DNA of 64,000 nt from Clostridia bacterium (GCA_017461985.1 JAFTSA010000007.1:68431-132430), one strand, 5' to 3'; shown: positions 1 to 11,158, numbered from the stretch's first letter. Program-made: numbers and translations. Notes: a model not told the origin generated them from the letters alone.

Positions 1-89
1 AGTCTGGAACGGTCTAAATAATGAGACTCATAAGATGAGAGGCAAATTGCCCACTTGTCCTATGGGTTTTTTTAATATATGGAGGTAAA

Positions 90-2807
90 ATGAAACACTA
101 TCTTTTTGACGGCAACGCCGTCCTTGAAGAAGTAAAGTCCTGCGAAAACGGCTTGTCACAAGCCGAAGCAGAAGCCCGTCTTGAACAGAACGGCAAAAAC
201 AAGTTGGCTGAGGGCAAAAAGGTTTCTCTCATCAAGAGATTCTTCTTGCAACTTGCCAACCCTATGATCATCGTTTTGATCATCGCCGCTGTCATCAGTC
301 TTATCACCACTCTTATCCCCGTGATGACAGGTGAAGGACACTTTGACACGACTGAACTTGCAGAGTTCTTCATCATCATAGGCGTCGTGCTTTTGAATGC
401 TATCCTCGGTGTCGTCCAAGAAGGACGCGCAGAGAAAGCCATTGAAGCACTGAAAGAGATGACCGCTTCAACTTGTAAGGTTATCCGTGACGGCGTGCTC
501 AGACAAATAAGAAACGAGGACCTTGTCATCGGTGACGTGGTCGTCCTTGAAGCAGGTGACTCAGTGCCCGCAGACTGCCGTCTTCTTGAATCCGCTTCAT
601 TGAAAGCAGAAGAAGCAGCCCTGACCGGTGAATCCGTCCCCTCTGAAAAATTTGTGGACGCTCTCACCGCAGAGGACGGAAAGGACGTACCTCTTGGTGA
701 CAGAAAGAATATGGTCTATATGGGTAGCACCATTGTTTACGGCAGAGCAAAGGCTGTTGTCGTTGCAACTGGTATGCAAACCGAAATGGGCAAAATCGCA
801 GACGTCCTTGCTCAAACCAAGGAAGAAACAACACCTCTCCAAAAGAAACTTGACAAGCTTTCAAAGATTTTGAGCTTTGCAGTCCTTGGCATTTGCGTGT
901 TCATCTTTGCATTCAAGCTTATTATGGAACGCAACAACCTTGTGGGAGGCGACACCCTCGAAATCGTCCTTGACAGCTTCATCATCGCAGTGTCTCTTGC
1001 AGTTGCTGCAATCCCCGAAGGTCTTGCAACAGTTGTCACAATCGTCCTTTCAATGGGCATGACAAAGATGGCAAAGAAGCAAGCCGTTGTCAAACGACTT
1101 ACCGCCGTTGAAACTCTTGGCTGTACACAAATCATTTGCTCAGACAAGACAGGCACTCTCACCCAAAACAAGATGACTGTTGTTGACACCTACGGTGACG
1201 ATGTTGCCCTCATCGCAAGAGCAATGGCACAAGCAAGTGACGCAGTCCTTGACCCCGAAAAACTTGAAGCAGTTGGTGAGCCCACAGAGTGTGCTCTTGT
1301 CAACTTTGCCTACAAGCAAGAACTGAACAAAACAGACCTTGAAGCCAAATTTCCTCGTGTGGCAGAAGCACCCTTTGACAGCATGCGCAAGATGATGTCC
1401 ACCATACACGACAATGGTGACGGCGCATTTATCCAATTCACAAAGGGCGCACCTGACGAAATCTTGAAGTGTTGCACCCACGCACGTATCAATGGTGAAG
1501 TGGTGGCTCTCACTGAGGAAATCAAGGCAGATATCCTCGGCGCAAACAAAGCTATGGCAAACGAAGCACTCCGTGTGCTCGCAGTTGCCTACAAGGACCT
1601 TGACAGCGTGCCCGAAGACGTCAGCCCCGAAAATATTGAAAACAACCTTGTCTTCATCGGCCTCACTGGCATGATCGATCCTATCCGTCCCGAAGTCAAG
1701 GACGCAATCGCAGAGTGCAAGGGCGCAGGCATCCGTGCAGTTATGATCACTGGTGACCATATCGACACCGCAATCGCAATTGCAAAGCAACTTGGCATCA
1801 TCACTGATGCATCTCAAGCAATCACCGGCGCAGAAATGGCAGAAATGAGTGACGAGGAATTTTATGAAAGAATCGTTGAGTTCTCAGTGTACGCCAGAGT
1901 GCAACCCGAACACAAAGTCCGCATTGTCAACACTTGGAAGAAACGTGGTATGATCACCGCAATGACAGGTGACGGCGTCAATGACGCACCCTCAATCAAG
2001 TCCGCAGACATCGGCATCGGCATGGGCATCACAGGCACAGACGTCACAAAGGGCGCAGCAGATATGGTGCTCCAAGACGACAACTTTGCAACACTCGTCT
2101 CAGCAGTAGGCGAAGGCAGACGCATCTATGACAACATAAGAAAGGCAATCCAATTCCTTCTTGCATCAAACCTTGCAGAAGTGGTGGCAGTGTTCATCGC
2201 AACAATGTGTGGTTTCACCCTCTTGAAGCCTATGCACCTCCTTTGGATCAACCTTATCACCGACACGTTCCCCGCACTTGCTCTTGGCACAGAAGAGGCA
2301 GAAGCAGACCTTATGCGCCGTGCTCCCAGAAGTGAAAAGGAAGGCATCTTTGCAGGCGGTGTTGGCGTCAACATCATCATTCAAGGCGTGTTCATCGGTC
2401 TTCTCACGTTGCTCTCATACTTTGTTGGTCACTTCTTTGAAACAGGCACTTGGTCAATTGAAGGTGTGTCCGCAGACGGAATGACAATGGCATTCTTGAC
2501 CTTGTCAATGACAGAAATGTTCCACGCATTCAATGCAAGAAGCATCAACCACTCAATCTTCAGCAAGAGTATGCTCAAAAAGCAAAATCTGTTTATGCTT
2601 GGCGCATTTGCATTCTCATTGCTCACAACAATCCTTGTCATCTACACTCCCGGCCTCAACACAGCATTTGAGTTTGCACCTATCCACGCAGACGAATTCT
2701 TCATCGCAATGGCTCTTGGTGTGTCAGTGATACCTTTCGTTGAACTTTCAAAGGTCATCACAAGATTTGCAGTGAAAAAGAGAGCAGAGAAGAAACTTGC
2801 AAAGTAA
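90..2807 (+). CDS. P-type Ca2+-transporting ATPase (P2 type, PMCA/SERCA-like)
   Basis: 905-aa ORF with GGAGG at 82-86 before ATG 90. Carries the CSDKTGTLT phosphorylation motif, TGDGVNDAP hinge, PEGL in TM4 and many hydrophobic segments. Confidence 0.9.
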   Translation: MKHYLFDGNAVLEEVKSCENGLSQAEAEARLEQNGKNKLAEGKKVSLIKRFFLQLANPMIIVLIIAAVISLITTLIPVMTGEGHFDTTELAEFFIIIGVVLLNAILGVVQEGRAEKAIEALKEMTASTCKVIRDGVLRQIRNEDLVIGDVVVLEAGDSVPADCRLLESASLKAEEAALTGESVPSEKFVDALTAEDGKDVPLGDRKNMVYMGSTIVYGRAKAVVVATGMQTEMGKIADVLAQTKEETTPLQKKLDKLSKILSFAVLGICVFIFAFKLIMERNNLVGGDTLEIVLDSFIIAVSLAVAAIPEGLATVVTIVLSMGMTKMAKKQAVVKRLTAVETLGCTQIICSDKTGTLTQNKMTVVDTYGDDVALIARAMAQASDAVLDPEKLEAVGEPTECALVNFAYKQELNKTDLEAKFPRVAEAPFDSMRKMMSTIHDNGDGAFIQFTKGAPDEILKCCTHARINGEVVALTEEIKADILGANKAMANEALRVLAVAYKDLDSVPEDVSPENIENNLVFIGLTGMIDPIRPEVKDAIAECKGAGIRAVMITGDHIDTAIAIAKQLGIITDASQAITGAEMAEMSDEEFYERIVEFSVYARVQPEHKVRIVNTWKKRGMITAMTGDGVNDAPSIKSADIGIGMGITGTDVTKGAADMVLQDDNFATLVSAVGEGRRIYDNIRKAIQFLLASNLAEVVAVFIATMCGFTLLKPMHLLWINLITDTFPALALGTEEAEADLMRRAPRSEKEGIFAGGVGVNIIIQGVFIGLLTLLSYFVGHFFETGTWSIEGVSADGMTMAFLTLSMTEMFHAFNARSINHSIFSKSMLKKQNLFMLGAFAFSLLTTILVIYTPGLNTAFEFAPIHADEFFIAMALGVSVIPFVELSKVITRFAVKKRAEKKLAK

Positions 2808-2822
2808 ATCTTATTGCTAAAT

Positions 2823-2852
2823 AAAAAGGCGCTCAAACGAGTGCCTTTTTTA
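2823..2852. terminator. Bidirectional intrinsic terminator between the ATPase and the convergent LysM gene
   Basis: Stem AGGCGCTC-aaac-GAGTGCCT (2827-2846) with an A-run before and a T-run after. A near-identical hairpin recurs at 42556-42587. Confidence 0.75.
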
Positions 2853-2917
2853 TTTGTTATATTTTGCTTTGCAAAGTTATATTCACTTTGTGAGTTATAT
2901 GCACTTGTGAAAGAATA

Positions 2918-4381
2918 TCACTTTGTAATGCGTCTAAAATAGATTATTTTGTCACCATATTTTAGAGGGTAGGTGATATTTGGATTTTGTGCCAAAATTT
3001 GCTCAGGGGTGGCGGTGAGGGCTTTACAAACGTCCCAAGGGGTGTCACTTTCATTTGCCACGTAGATGCTGAGACCTGAGCGGTTGATCTCTCTTTCTTC
3101 ACCCAGCTCAACTGCGCTGATATAGTTGATTTGGCTAGACGCGTAGCACTTTGTGTTGAAAGCGATTGTGAGGGTGATTTCCGCCTTGTCACCTTTGATT
3201 TTGACCGATGAATCAATGACGGTTGCACGGGCTTTCACTGTGTCACTGAAGTTGCCGTCAAGGCGGACTGAGTAGGGGATTTCCGCCCTTGCTGAATACA
3301 GGTCGTCACCAGATGAATAGATGATTTCAGTGGTGGCAACTCCCTCAACCGTGAGGCCGTCGTCACACAAGGTTTTTGCAATGAAAACCGTGGTGGCAGG
3401 CACGCCAACGAGAGCGGTATCATCACCCCTAGGAAGGGTGGTTTCACCCTGTATTTTTTCGGTGTAGTAGCCACTGTCCACAAAGTAAGTCAAAGTGTTG
3501 CTTTCAGTGGTTGTTGTTGTGTGATGAGTCAGTGAGAAAAGGTCTTTTACTGCCTCAATTTCTTCAAGTCTTGTCACGTCAACATTGACACCGATTTCCC
3601 CTTCAAACCGCAGTATGTTTTCACCAGTCACACCGTGGAGTACAATCCGCCCTGACTTGACGTAAGGGGTGACTTTCACTCTGTCGCCTTCACACAAATC
3701 ATCTATGGACACACTTTCAGCCGAAGCCACGTTGAAGGTTGCGGTGCGGATGATTCCGTCCTCTACGTAGGTGACGATTGCCACCGTGTCAACTGACAAA
3801 TCAAGGACTTTATCCGTCACTTTTGCACTTGTCAAACTGCATTTTGTGTCAAGTGACAAAACTTTTTGCACTTCGTGGACGGTGGTTTCTTCGTCAACAG
3901 GGAAGGAGTAAGAAGTGGTTGCAACGTGGGTTGGAATTGTAAGGATATCCGTTGTGACAAAACTGTCCTCTGCGCCAGTGAGTATGTTGAGAGGCATTGT
4001 TTTTGTCACGTTTCCGTCCACTTTTACAACTGCAGAAAGGGTGAGGGTGTCGCTTGATGACACGCTCCACTCAAACACTTTTAGACAAACGTTTACTTTG
4101 TCTTCTTTTGTCACGTCACCGTCAAGACGGACAGAGAAATCCGCGTTGTAGTTTGCCGAGCAAACTGCGCCGTCTAGGTCAAGATATATGAGCTTGAATT
4201 CCGCTCGTCCATTTACGTCAACAAAGCCATCGTTTACGGCGTGAGAAAGGGCCTTGCCGTCCACAGACAACGACAGCACTCTCATCACTCCGTCCACTCC
4301 CCGTGGGATAAACTCCACCACTCTTTCTATGGGGGAAAGGAAGGTGGTTGAAATTGCATTTTTTTGGTCAAATTTGAACAT
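2918..4381 (-). CDS. SipL-like sporulation protein candidate: repeated beta-rich region (DUF3794/SPOCS-like) plus C-terminal LysM domain
   Basis: 487-aa ORF with GGAGG (4385-4391 on the minus strand) before ATG 4381. The C-terminal ~50 aa (SGLSIYVANESDTPWDVCKALTATPEQILAQNPNITYPLKYGDKIIYF) fits the LysM pattern. It is divergent from ispE, as I recall for C. difficile sipL. The product name is an inference. Confidence 0.55.
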   Translation of the reverse strand: MFKFDQKNAISTTFLSPIERVVEFIPRGVDGVMRVLSLSVDGKALSHAVNDGFVDVNGRAEFKLIYLDLDGAVCSANYNADFSVRLDGDVTKEDKVNVCLKVFEWSVSSSDTLTLSAVVKVDGNVTKTMPLNILTGAEDSFVTTDILTIPTHVATTSYSFPVDEETTVHEVQKVLSLDTKCSLTSAKVTDKVLDLSVDTVAIVTYVEDGIIRTATFNVASAESVSIDDLCEGDRVKVTPYVKSGRIVLHGVTGENILRFEGEIGVNVDVTRLEEIEAVKDLFSLTHHTTTTTESNTLTYFVDSGYYTEKIQGETTLPRGDDTALVGVPATTVFIAKTLCDDGLTVEGVATTEIIYSSGDDLYSARAEIPYSVRLDGNFSDTVKARATVIDSSVKIKGDKAEITLTIAFNTKCYASSQINYISAVELGEEREINRSGLSIYVANESDTPWDVCKALTATPEQILAQNPNITYPLKYGDKIIYFRRITK

Positions 4382-4400
4382 AATCGCCTCCGTTTTGTAA

Positions 4401-4429
4401 ATTGTATGACGAGGAAAAACAGGTTATGA
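4401..4429 (-). promoter_or_regulatory. Sigma-E-type (mother-cell) promoter candidate for the LysM gene
   Basis: The minus strand reads TCATAAC-14 nt-CATACAAT. The Bacillus sigma-E consensus is (T/G)(A/C)ATA(A/T)(A/T)-14-CATACA(A/C)T, so there is one mismatch. Confidence 0.4.
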
Positions 4430-4495
4430 CAAAACAAAAGAAATGGAAAAATAAAAAGGTTTGAAAAATCCTCTACAATATGATATATTTGACCT

Positions 4496-5278
4496 ATGGA
4501 AAAAAATCACGGCAAGTTGAATATCCCTGCAAAAATCAACCTTTCTCTTGCAATAACTGGAGTGAATGGGGCTTTGCACACCCTTGATATGGAAACGGTT
4601 GCCGTTGATTTATGTGATACAGTCACTTACAACAAAACCGAAAGTGGTGGCATTGCAATTGACTATACCTCGTCACTTGCTGACTTTGACAAAGAAAGAT
4701 TCCGTCCTGTGGTTGAAAATGCGGTGAGCAAATTTGTGGCAGAATACGGCGACACAGATTGCCATATTTTGATTGAGAAAAACCTGCCTTTGGGTGCAGG
4801 AATAGGTGGCTCGTCAACGGCAGTTGTTGGGGTTTTGAAAGCCCTTGAAGATTTGAAAAATATCCGTTTAGATAACCGCTTTTTGCTGACAATCGGCAGT
4901 GATATTCCTGTTGTATATAAGGGCGGACACAATCGTGTGACGGGCGTTGGTGACGTGGTTGAGGCACTTGAACCCATTTTCAAGCATTTTGTCATACTTG
5001 TAAAGGGTGGAGTTGACAGCGGAAAGGCATACAAACTCTATGACGAGATAGGCGCAGAGTGTTTTGGCCCTCGCAGAAACGACCTTGAAAAGGCGGCAAG
5101 AGAAATCAACCCTGCCGTGAAAGAGGCTCGTGAAATCCTTGAAAATCTTGGGGCAAAAGACGTAGTTATGAGTGGCAGTGGCAGTGCCGTTGTGGCAATT
5201 TTTGACGATGAGGCCGGTGCAAAATCAGTTTTTGACAGAATTGACGGTTTCAATAAATTTTTGACAAAAACTTTTTAA
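4496..5278 (+). CDS. ispE: 4-diphosphocytidyl-2-C-methyl-D-erythritol kinase
   Basis: 260-aa ORF with the GHMP-kinase motif PLGAGIGGSSTAVVG and an N-terminal KINLSL pattern typical of IspE. Confidence 0.85.
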   Translation: MEKNHGKLNIPAKINLSLAITGVNGALHTLDMETVAVDLCDTVTYNKTESGGIAIDYTSSLADFDKERFRPVVENAVSKFVAEYGDTDCHILIEKNLPLGAGIGGSSTAVVGVLKALEDLKNIRLDNRFLLTIGSDIPVVYKGGHNRVTGVGDVVEALEPIFKHFVILVKGGVDSGKAYKLYDEIGAECFGPRRNDLEKAAREINPAVKEAREILENLGAKDVVMSGSGSAVVAIFDDEAGAKSVFDRIDGFNKFLTKTF

Positions 5279-5319
5279 ATCCCATTTTTGTAAAGAAAAA
5301 GCCAAAAACCTTACAAAAA

Positions 5320-5348
5320 CCGCAAAAGTTTGCAAATTGCGGATTTTT
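5320..5348 (+). terminator. Intrinsic terminator after ispE
   Basis: CCGCAA (5320-5325) pairs with TTGCGG (5337-5342), followed by ATTTTT. Confidence 0.6.
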
Positions 5349-5425
5349 GCCTTTCGTTTTTAACAAATTTTCAAATTTTGACAGAAAAATTCTACAAAAA
5401 ATGCAAAAAAACTTGAATTTTGCTA

Positions 5426-5454
5426 TTGTTATATATATTTATTTTTGTTATAAT
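5426..5454 (+). promoter_or_regulatory. Sigma-A promoter of the glycogen operon
   Basis: TTGTTA (5426-5431), 17-nt spacer ending in TGt, then TATAAT (5449-5454). AGGAGG at 5471-5476 precedes ATG 5482. Confidence 0.6.
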
Positions 5455-5481
5455 GCATATATAAAGCCTAAGGAGGCAACC

Positions 5482-7374
5482 ATGTCAAGAACAAAAGACG
5501 GTTTTGCAACCTACCTTTTCCACGAAGGAACCAACTATGAAGCATACAAAATGTTCTGCCCTTATCCCGACACTCAAGACGGCGTTGAGGGTTGGAGTTT
5601 TGCCGTTTGGGCACCAAACGCAAAGAGCGTGTCCGTGGTTGGTGATTTCAATGAGTGGCAACCTGACGCCACCCATATGGTGAAGGAATACGACGGTGTA
5701 TGGCGCACCTTTATCCCCGACCTTGAGCAGTATGCAAACTACAAGTTTGCCGTCACCGACCAAAACGGCAACACTGTTTTCAAGTGCGACCCTTACGCCG
5801 TGCACTGCGAAACACCACCTGCAACTGCATCAAAGTTGTATGACGTCGGCAAATATCACTGGAAAGACAACAAGTGGATGAAAAACCGTGCTAATTACAA
5901 TCCTTACGGCTCACCAATGAACATTTACGAAGTCCACGCAGGCAGTTGGAAGCGTTATCCTGACGGAAACTATTATTCCTACAAAGCCCTTGCGGATGAA
6001 CTTATCCCTTACGTGAAAAAGATGGGTTACACCCACATTGAATTTATGCCCTTGACAGAGCACCCCTTTGACGGAAGCTGGGGTTATCAATGCACAGGCA
6101 TGTTTGCGCCTACGTCAAGATTTGGCACTCCCGACGACCTTATGGAATTTATTGACCGCTGTCACCGAGCAGGAATCGGCGTGATTCTTGACTGGGTGCT
6201 TGCTCATTTCCCCAAAGACGAGCACGGTCTTGCAAGATTTGACGGCACACCCCTCTACGAATATGCAGACCCCAGAAAGGGCGAGCATAAGGAGTGGGGC
6301 ACTTTGGTCTATGACTTTGGCAAAAACGAAGTCAAGAGTTTTTTGATTTCAGCGGCAATGTTCTGGTTTGACGTATACCACATTGACGGAATCCGTTGTG
6401 ACGCCGTTGCCAGCATGCTCTATCTTGACTATGGTAGAAAGGACGGCGACTGGGTGCCCAACAAGTATGGCGGAAACTACAACCTTGAAGCCAAGGAATT
6501 TTTGCAAAACTTGAACACTGCAATCCTTTCAAAACACCACGGCGCAATCACCATCGCAGAGGAATCAACTGCATATCCTATGGTGACAAAGCCCCCTTAT
6601 ACTGGTGGCCTTGGATTCAACTTCAAGTGGAATATGGGTTGGATGAACGATAGCCTCCGCTATCTCCAACTTGATCCTTTCTTCAGAAAGGACAACCACA
6701 ACTGCATCACCTTCGGTTTGACCTATGCTTACAGTGAAAACTATATCCTGCCCATTTCCCACGACGAAGTGGTCCACGGCAAATATAGTATGATCAACAA
6801 AGCCCCCGGTGAATATGATCAAAAGTTTGAAGGTCTCAAAGCATTTTACGGCTATATGATGACACACCCCGGCAAGAAGTTGTCCTTTATGGGCAACGAG
6901 TTTGCTCAGTTCATTGAGTGGAACTACAATCAAGAACTTGATTGGTTCTTGCTGGACTATCCTAGACACAACTCATTTAGGAAGTTTGTCAAGGATATGA
7001 ACCACTTCTATCTTGAACACAAGGAGCTTTGGCAACTTGACTCAACCTATGACGGATTCAAGTGGATTGTGGTTGACGACAAAGAAAACAATATCGCCTC
7101 ATATATTCGCTCGTCCGCAGACGGCAAGTACGTCATAGTGGTGGTCAACTTCTCACCCGTTGAACGCAACAAGTACGTCATGGGCGTCCCCGAAAAGAAG
7201 GCGTATAGGGCGGAACTTTATTCTGCTCTCAAAAAATACGGCGGTGAAGAGGAGCGTCGTCCCACATTTAGAGCAGTGGGCAGACCCGCTCACGGACACC
7301 CCTATTCAATCAAGGTAAATATACCTAAAAACGCGGTTATGATTTTGATACCCGAGGATAAGGAGGGAAAATAA
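5482..7374 (+). CDS. glgB: 1,4-alpha-glucan branching enzyme (GH13)
   Basis: GH13 catalytic motifs [10 protein letters not shown] and ITIAEES. Start moved from the TTG at 5347 to ATG 5482, which follows AGGAGG; the upstream extension is AT-rich promoter sequence. Confidence 0.93.
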   Translation: MSRTKDGFATYLFHEGTNYEAYKMFCPYPDTQDGVEGWSFAVWAPNAKSVSVVGDFNEWQPDATHMVKEYDGVWRTFIPDLEQYANYKFAVTDQNGNTVFKCDPYAVHCETPPATASKLYDVGKYHWKDNKWMKNRANYNPYGSPMNIYEVHAGSWKRYPDGNYYSYKALADELIPYVKKMGYTHIEFMPLTEHPFDGSWGYQCTGMFAPTSRFGTPDDLMEFIDRCHRAGIGVILDWVLAHFPKDEHGLARFDGTPLYEYADPRKGEHKEWGTLVYDFGKNEVKSFLISAAMFWFDVYHIDGIRCDAVASMLYLDYGRKDGDWVPNKYGGNYNLEAKEFLQNLNTAILSKHHGAITIAEESTAYPMVTKPPYTGGLGFNFKWNMGWMNDSLRYLQLDPFFRKDNHNCITFGLTYAYSENYILPISHDEVVHGKYSMINKAPGEYDQKFEGLKAFYGYMMTHPGKKLSFMGNEFAQFIEWNYNQELDWFLLDYPRHNSFRKFVKDMNHFYLEHKELWQLDSTYDGFKWIVVDDKENNIASYIRSSADGKYVIVVVNFSPVERNKYVMGVPEKKAYRAELYSALKKYGGEEERRPTFRAVGRPAHGHPYSIKVNIPKNAVMILIPEDKEGK

Positions 7375-8579
7375 TGAGCATTAACAGCAAAAAGAAGGAG
7401 TGTCTTGCGATGCTTCTTGCAGGTGGTCAAGGCACACGTCTTGGTGTGTTGACCAACGAGGTGGCAAAGCCTGCAGTGCCTTTTGGTGCAAAATATCGCA
7501 TCATAGACTTTCCTTTGTCCAACTGCGTCAACAGTGGCATTGACACCATAGGTGTCTTGACACAATATCGTCCTTTTGAGTTGCACCAATACATAGGCAA
7601 CGGTCAACCTTGGGACCTTGACAGACTCAACGGCGGCATCTACATTTTGCCTCCCTTTATGAGAGCATCGTCAGGTGAGTGGTACAAGGGCACGGCAAAC
7701 GCAATCTATCAAAACATCGACTTCATCGACAACTATGACCCTGAATACGTTGTTTTGCTGTCCGGTGACCACATCTACAAAATGGACTACGCCGATATGC
7801 TTCGTGAACACAAGGCAAATAGAGCAGACTGCACAATCGCAGTCCTTGAAGTGCCTATGGAAGAAGCAAGCCGTTTTGGCATTTTGAACTTGAAAGGCAA
7901 CACAAACCAAATCGTAGAGTTTGAAGAAAAGCCCAAAAACCCCAAGAGCAACAAGGCATCAATGGGCATCTATATCTTCACTTGGGAAGTGCTCCGCAGA
8001 TATCTCATCGCAGACGAAGCAAATCCCGCCAGTGAAAACGACTTTGGCAAGAATATAATCCCCAATATGCTTAACGACAAGCAAAGGATGTTTGCATACA
8101 AATTCCAAGGCTACTGGAAGGACGTGGGAACAATCTCCTCCCTTTGGGAAGCCAACATGGACATCCTCAACAATCGTGAAAGCGGTTTGAATCTTGACGA
8201 TGACAAGTGGAAGATTTATGCAAGAAATATGGCAGAGCCCCCTCACTACGTGTCACCCACAGGCAAGGTGCAACACTCCCTCATCAGTGAAGGTACTGTT
8301 GTCCACGGCACTGTCAAAGACAGTGTGATTTCACACTCAGTGACAATCGGCAAGGGCGCATACGTTGAAGGCTCAATCATCATGCCCGGCGCAGTCATTG
8401 AAGAAGGGGCAGATGTAAGATACTCCATCATCGGTTGGGGCGCAAAGATTGGCAAAAACGCAATGGTGGGCGAAACCCTTGATCAGTGCAGACCCGGTGA
8501 GTGGAAGATAAGCGTCATCGCACCCAAGTACGAACTCACCGAAGGCGCAACCGTGGGCGCAAATGAAATGATAGGTTAG
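7374..8579 (+). CDS. glgC: Glucose-1-phosphate adenylyltransferase, catalytic subunit
   Basis: N-terminal [14 protein letters not shown]...[19 protein letters not shown] signature. The ATG overlaps the glgB stop (TAATG). Confidence 0.93.
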   Translation: MSINSKKKECLAMLLAGGQGTRLGVLTNEVAKPAVPFGAKYRIIDFPLSNCVNSGIDTIGVLTQYRPFELHQYIGNGQPWDLDRLNGGIYILPPFMRASSGEWYKGTANAIYQNIDFIDNYDPEYVVLLSGDHIYKMDYADMLREHKANRADCTIAVLEVPMEEASRFGILNLKGNTNQIVEFEEKPKNPKSNKASMGIYIFTWEVLRRYLIADEANPASENDFGKNIIPNMLNDKQRMFAYKFQGYWKDVGTISSLWEANMDILNNRESGLNLDDDKWKIYARNMAEPPHYVSPTGKVQHSLISEGTVVHGTVKDSVISHSVTIGKGAYVEGSIIMPGAVIEEGADVRYSIIGWGAKIGKNAMVGETLDQCRPGEWKISVIAPKYELTEGATVGANEMIG

Positions 8580-8590
8580 GAGGAGAAATT

Positions 8591-9706
8591 ATGAAAAACA
8601 ACACCATGGCAATCCTTTTTGCAGCGGATGCAGAAAATCACCTCAATGACCTGACAATCCATCGCACAACCGCATCTCTGCCTTTTGGTGGAAGATATCG
8701 TCTTATCGACTTTGCTCTGTCAAACCTTGTCAGCGCAAACATCACCAAAATCGGCATCATCACCAAAAACAACTACAACTCATTGATGGACCATATCCGT
8801 CAAGGTAGAGATTGGGATTTGAACAGAAAAAACGGCGGTATCTCCGTCTATCCTCCTTACGTTTTCAACAGCTCACACGACGTGTACAAGGGCAAGATTG
8901 AAGCACTCTACACAACCCGTGGATTTATGCTTGAAGCCAGTGAGGAATACGTGGTCATCGCCAACACAAACATTGCATTCAACATTGACTTTGACGAAGT
9001 TGAAAAGTTCCACATTGAAAAGGGAGCAGACGTCACCGTCCTCACCTACAAAGTGGAAGACCCCATCGTGAGAAAGGTTGTTGTCAGCGCAGACAAAAAC
9101 AACCGCATCACGGATATGCGTCTTGCAGTTGATGCAGACAAGGGCGCACAACTTTGCACCCTCAACATCTACTTCATCAAGAAAGACCTTCTCATCTCCT
9201 TGGTGGACACAGCATACGCTTACGGCTACGACGACTTTGAAAGAGATATTCTCCAAAAGAGCCTTGACAGCCTGTACGTCATGAACTACGAAGTCAAGGA
9301 CTACGTGGCAGTCATCGACCGCATTCCTTCCTATTTCAAACATAGTATGGAACTTCTTGATCCCAAAGTGAGAGAGAGTTTGTTCTACAAGCACTCCACA
9401 ATCCTCACAAAGGTCAAGGACAGCGTCCCTGCAAGATACGGCGTTGATTCATCGGTGAAAAACAGCATCATCGCAGACGGCTGTGTCATCGAAGGCACTG
9501 TTGAAAACAGCATTCTCTTTAGAAGCGTAAAGGTGGGCAAGGGAGCAGTGGTCCGCAACTCCATCGTTATGGAAGACGGCATCATCATGGAAAACGCAAC
9601 CCTTGACTATACAATCACAGACAAGGACGTCATCATCAAGGACGGACGTCACCTCAGCGGTCACGAGTCCTATCCTATGGTTGTGGTCAAAGGTAAAGTA
9701 ATCTAA
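8591..9706 (+). CDS. glgD: Glucose-1-phosphate adenylyltransferase, GlgD regulatory subunit
   Basis: Paralogue of GlgC (PFGGRYRLIDFALSN) lacking the GxGxR loop. Its position between glgC and glgA matches the Firmicute glgBCDAP order. Confidence 0.85.
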   Translation: MKNNTMAILFAADAENHLNDLTIHRTTASLPFGGRYRLIDFALSNLVSANITKIGIITKNNYNSLMDHIRQGRDWDLNRKNGGISVYPPYVFNSSHDVYKGKIEALYTTRGFMLEASEEYVVIANTNIAFNIDFDEVEKFHIEKGADVTVLTYKVEDPIVRKVVVSADKNNRITDMRLAVDADKGAQLCTLNIYFIKKDLLISLVDTAYAYGYDDFERDILQKSLDSLYVMNYEVKDYVAVIDRIPSYFKHSMELLDPKVRESLFYKHSTILTKVKDSVPARYGVDSSVKNSIIADGCVIEGTVENSILFRSVKVGKGAVVRNSIVMEDGIIMENATLDYTITDKDVIIKDGRHLSGHESYPMVVVKGKVI

Positions 9707-9730
9707 TCAATAGACCAAAAAGGAGTGATT

Positions 9731-11158
9731 ATGAATATCTTATTCGTCACATCAGAAGCAATGCCCTTCATAAGAACAGGCGGTCTTGGAGACGTTGCAG
9801 GCGCACTGCCCAAGTCATTCAAAAACTTGGGACACCAGTGCAGAGTCATCCTTCCTTTTTACAAGGATGAAATCAAACCTGCCTTCAAAGACAGTTTCCG
9901 TTTTGTGGGTGCAACACAAGTGGAACTTGGTTGGAGAAAACAATATTGTGGGGTTTACGAGTCAGTTTTTGATGGTATAACCTACTATTTTGTTGACAAC
10001 GAGTATTATTTCAAGCGCAAAGGTCTTTACGGTCACTTTGATGATTATGAAAGATTTGCCTTCTTCTCAAAGGCAGTCCTTGAAGCATTGAAACTGGTTG
10101 ACTACTATCCCGACATCCTTCACACCAACGACTGGCACACCGCATTGACACCTGTTTTCCTTGACGTGTTCTACCGCAACGATGATAGATACAAGGGCAT
10201 CAAGACAGTGTTTACAATCCACAACATTGAGTTCCAAGGCAGATACGGCACGGATATTATTCCCGACGTTTTGGGTCTTCCTGAATGGGCAAACAATTTG
10301 GTCATCAACAGCGACTGCGTCAACTATATGAAAGGCGGTATCGAGGCAAGCAACGTTGTGACAACTGTCAGCGAAACCTACGCAACCGAAATCCTTGACC
10401 CCTTCTATAGTTATGGTCTTGAAGGCATTTTGTCTGAAAGAAGATTCAAACTTCACGGCGTGGTCAACGGCATCGACACCAAACTATATGACCCTATGAC
10501 CGACAAGGCACTCTTTGTCAATTTTGACAAGGAAACAGTGGCAGAAAAGAAGAAGGAAAACAAGAAAGCACTCTGCCAAATGCTCAATCTGTCCTATGAC
10601 GAAAACAGACCTATGATTGCAATGGTCACTCGCCTCACCGAGCAAAAGGGTCTTGACCTTGTGGCACAAGTCATTGACGAAATTATGAGAGCAGACGTGC
10701 AAGTGGTTGTCCTCGGCACTGGAGACTGGAAATATGAAAACCTTGTGAAGAGAGTTGAAAGCGACTATCCCAACAAGTTTAGAGGCATACTCCAATTCAG
10801 CAGTGACATAGCATCAAAACTTTACGGCGCAAGTGATATCTTCCTTATGCCCTCAAAGTTTGAGCCTTGCGGACTGAGTCAAATGATTGCAATGACTTAC
10901 GGCAGCATTCCTATCGTAAGAGAAACAGGCGGTCTTAAAGACACCGTTGAAGCCTACAACCCTGAAACAAAGACGGGCAGAGGTTTCACCTTTAAGACTT
11001 ACAACTGCTACGATATGCTTGACGCAGTGTGGAGAACGTACGCAACCTATCACGACAAAGACAACTGGACAGCCGTCACTGAAAACGCTATGAGCGGTGA
11101 CTACGGCTGGGATAGAAGCGCAAGAAAATATCTTGCAATCTACGAAAATATCAAATAA
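9731..11158 (+). CDS. glgA: Glycogen synthase (ADP-glucose type, GT5)
   Basis: MNILFVTSEAMPFIRTGGLGDVAGALP N-terminal motif. ATG 9731 lies 7 nt after AAAGGAG; the GTG at 9725 is less likely. Confidence 0.93.
   Translation: MNILFVTSEAMPFIRTGGLGDVAGALPKSFKNLGHQCRVILPFYKDEIKPAFKDSFRFVGATQVELGWRKQYCGVYESVFDGITYYFVDNEYYFKRKGLYGHFDDYERFAFFSKAVLEALKLVDYYPDILHTNDWHTALTPVFLDVFYRNDDRYKGIKTVFTIHNIEFQGRYGTDIIPDVLGLPEWANNLVINSDCVNYMKGGIEASNVVTTVSETYATEILDPFYSYGLEGILSERRFKLHGVVNGIDTKLYDPMTDKALFVNFDKETVAEKKKENKKALCQMLNLSYDENRPMIAMVTRLTEQKGLDLVAQVIDEIMRADVQVVVLGTGDWKYENLVKRVESDYPNKFRGILQFSSDIASKLYGASDIFLMPSKFEPCGLSQMIAMTYGSIPIVRETGGLKDTVEAYNPETKTGRGFTFKTYNCYDMLDAVWRTYATYHDKDNWTAVTENAMSGDYGWDRSARKYLAIYENIK

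Noticed and set aside
41-73. Hairpin plus T7 run just upstream of the Ca2+-ATPase start
   Set aside because: The stems are only 4 bp (GGCA/TGCC, CCCA/TGGG) and the upstream context is cut by the window edge. I cannot distinguish an upstream-gene terminator, an attenuator or chance.
5347-5481. N-terminal extensions offered by the ORF track (glgB from 5347, fprA from 35781, spo0A from 38603, PFOR from 46158, the SBP from 39630, and others)
   Set aside because: The extensions start at weak codons without an SD and run through AT-rich promoter or terminator sequence. Internal ATGs sit 5-9 nt after GGAG-type SD sequences and match the canonical protein N-termini.
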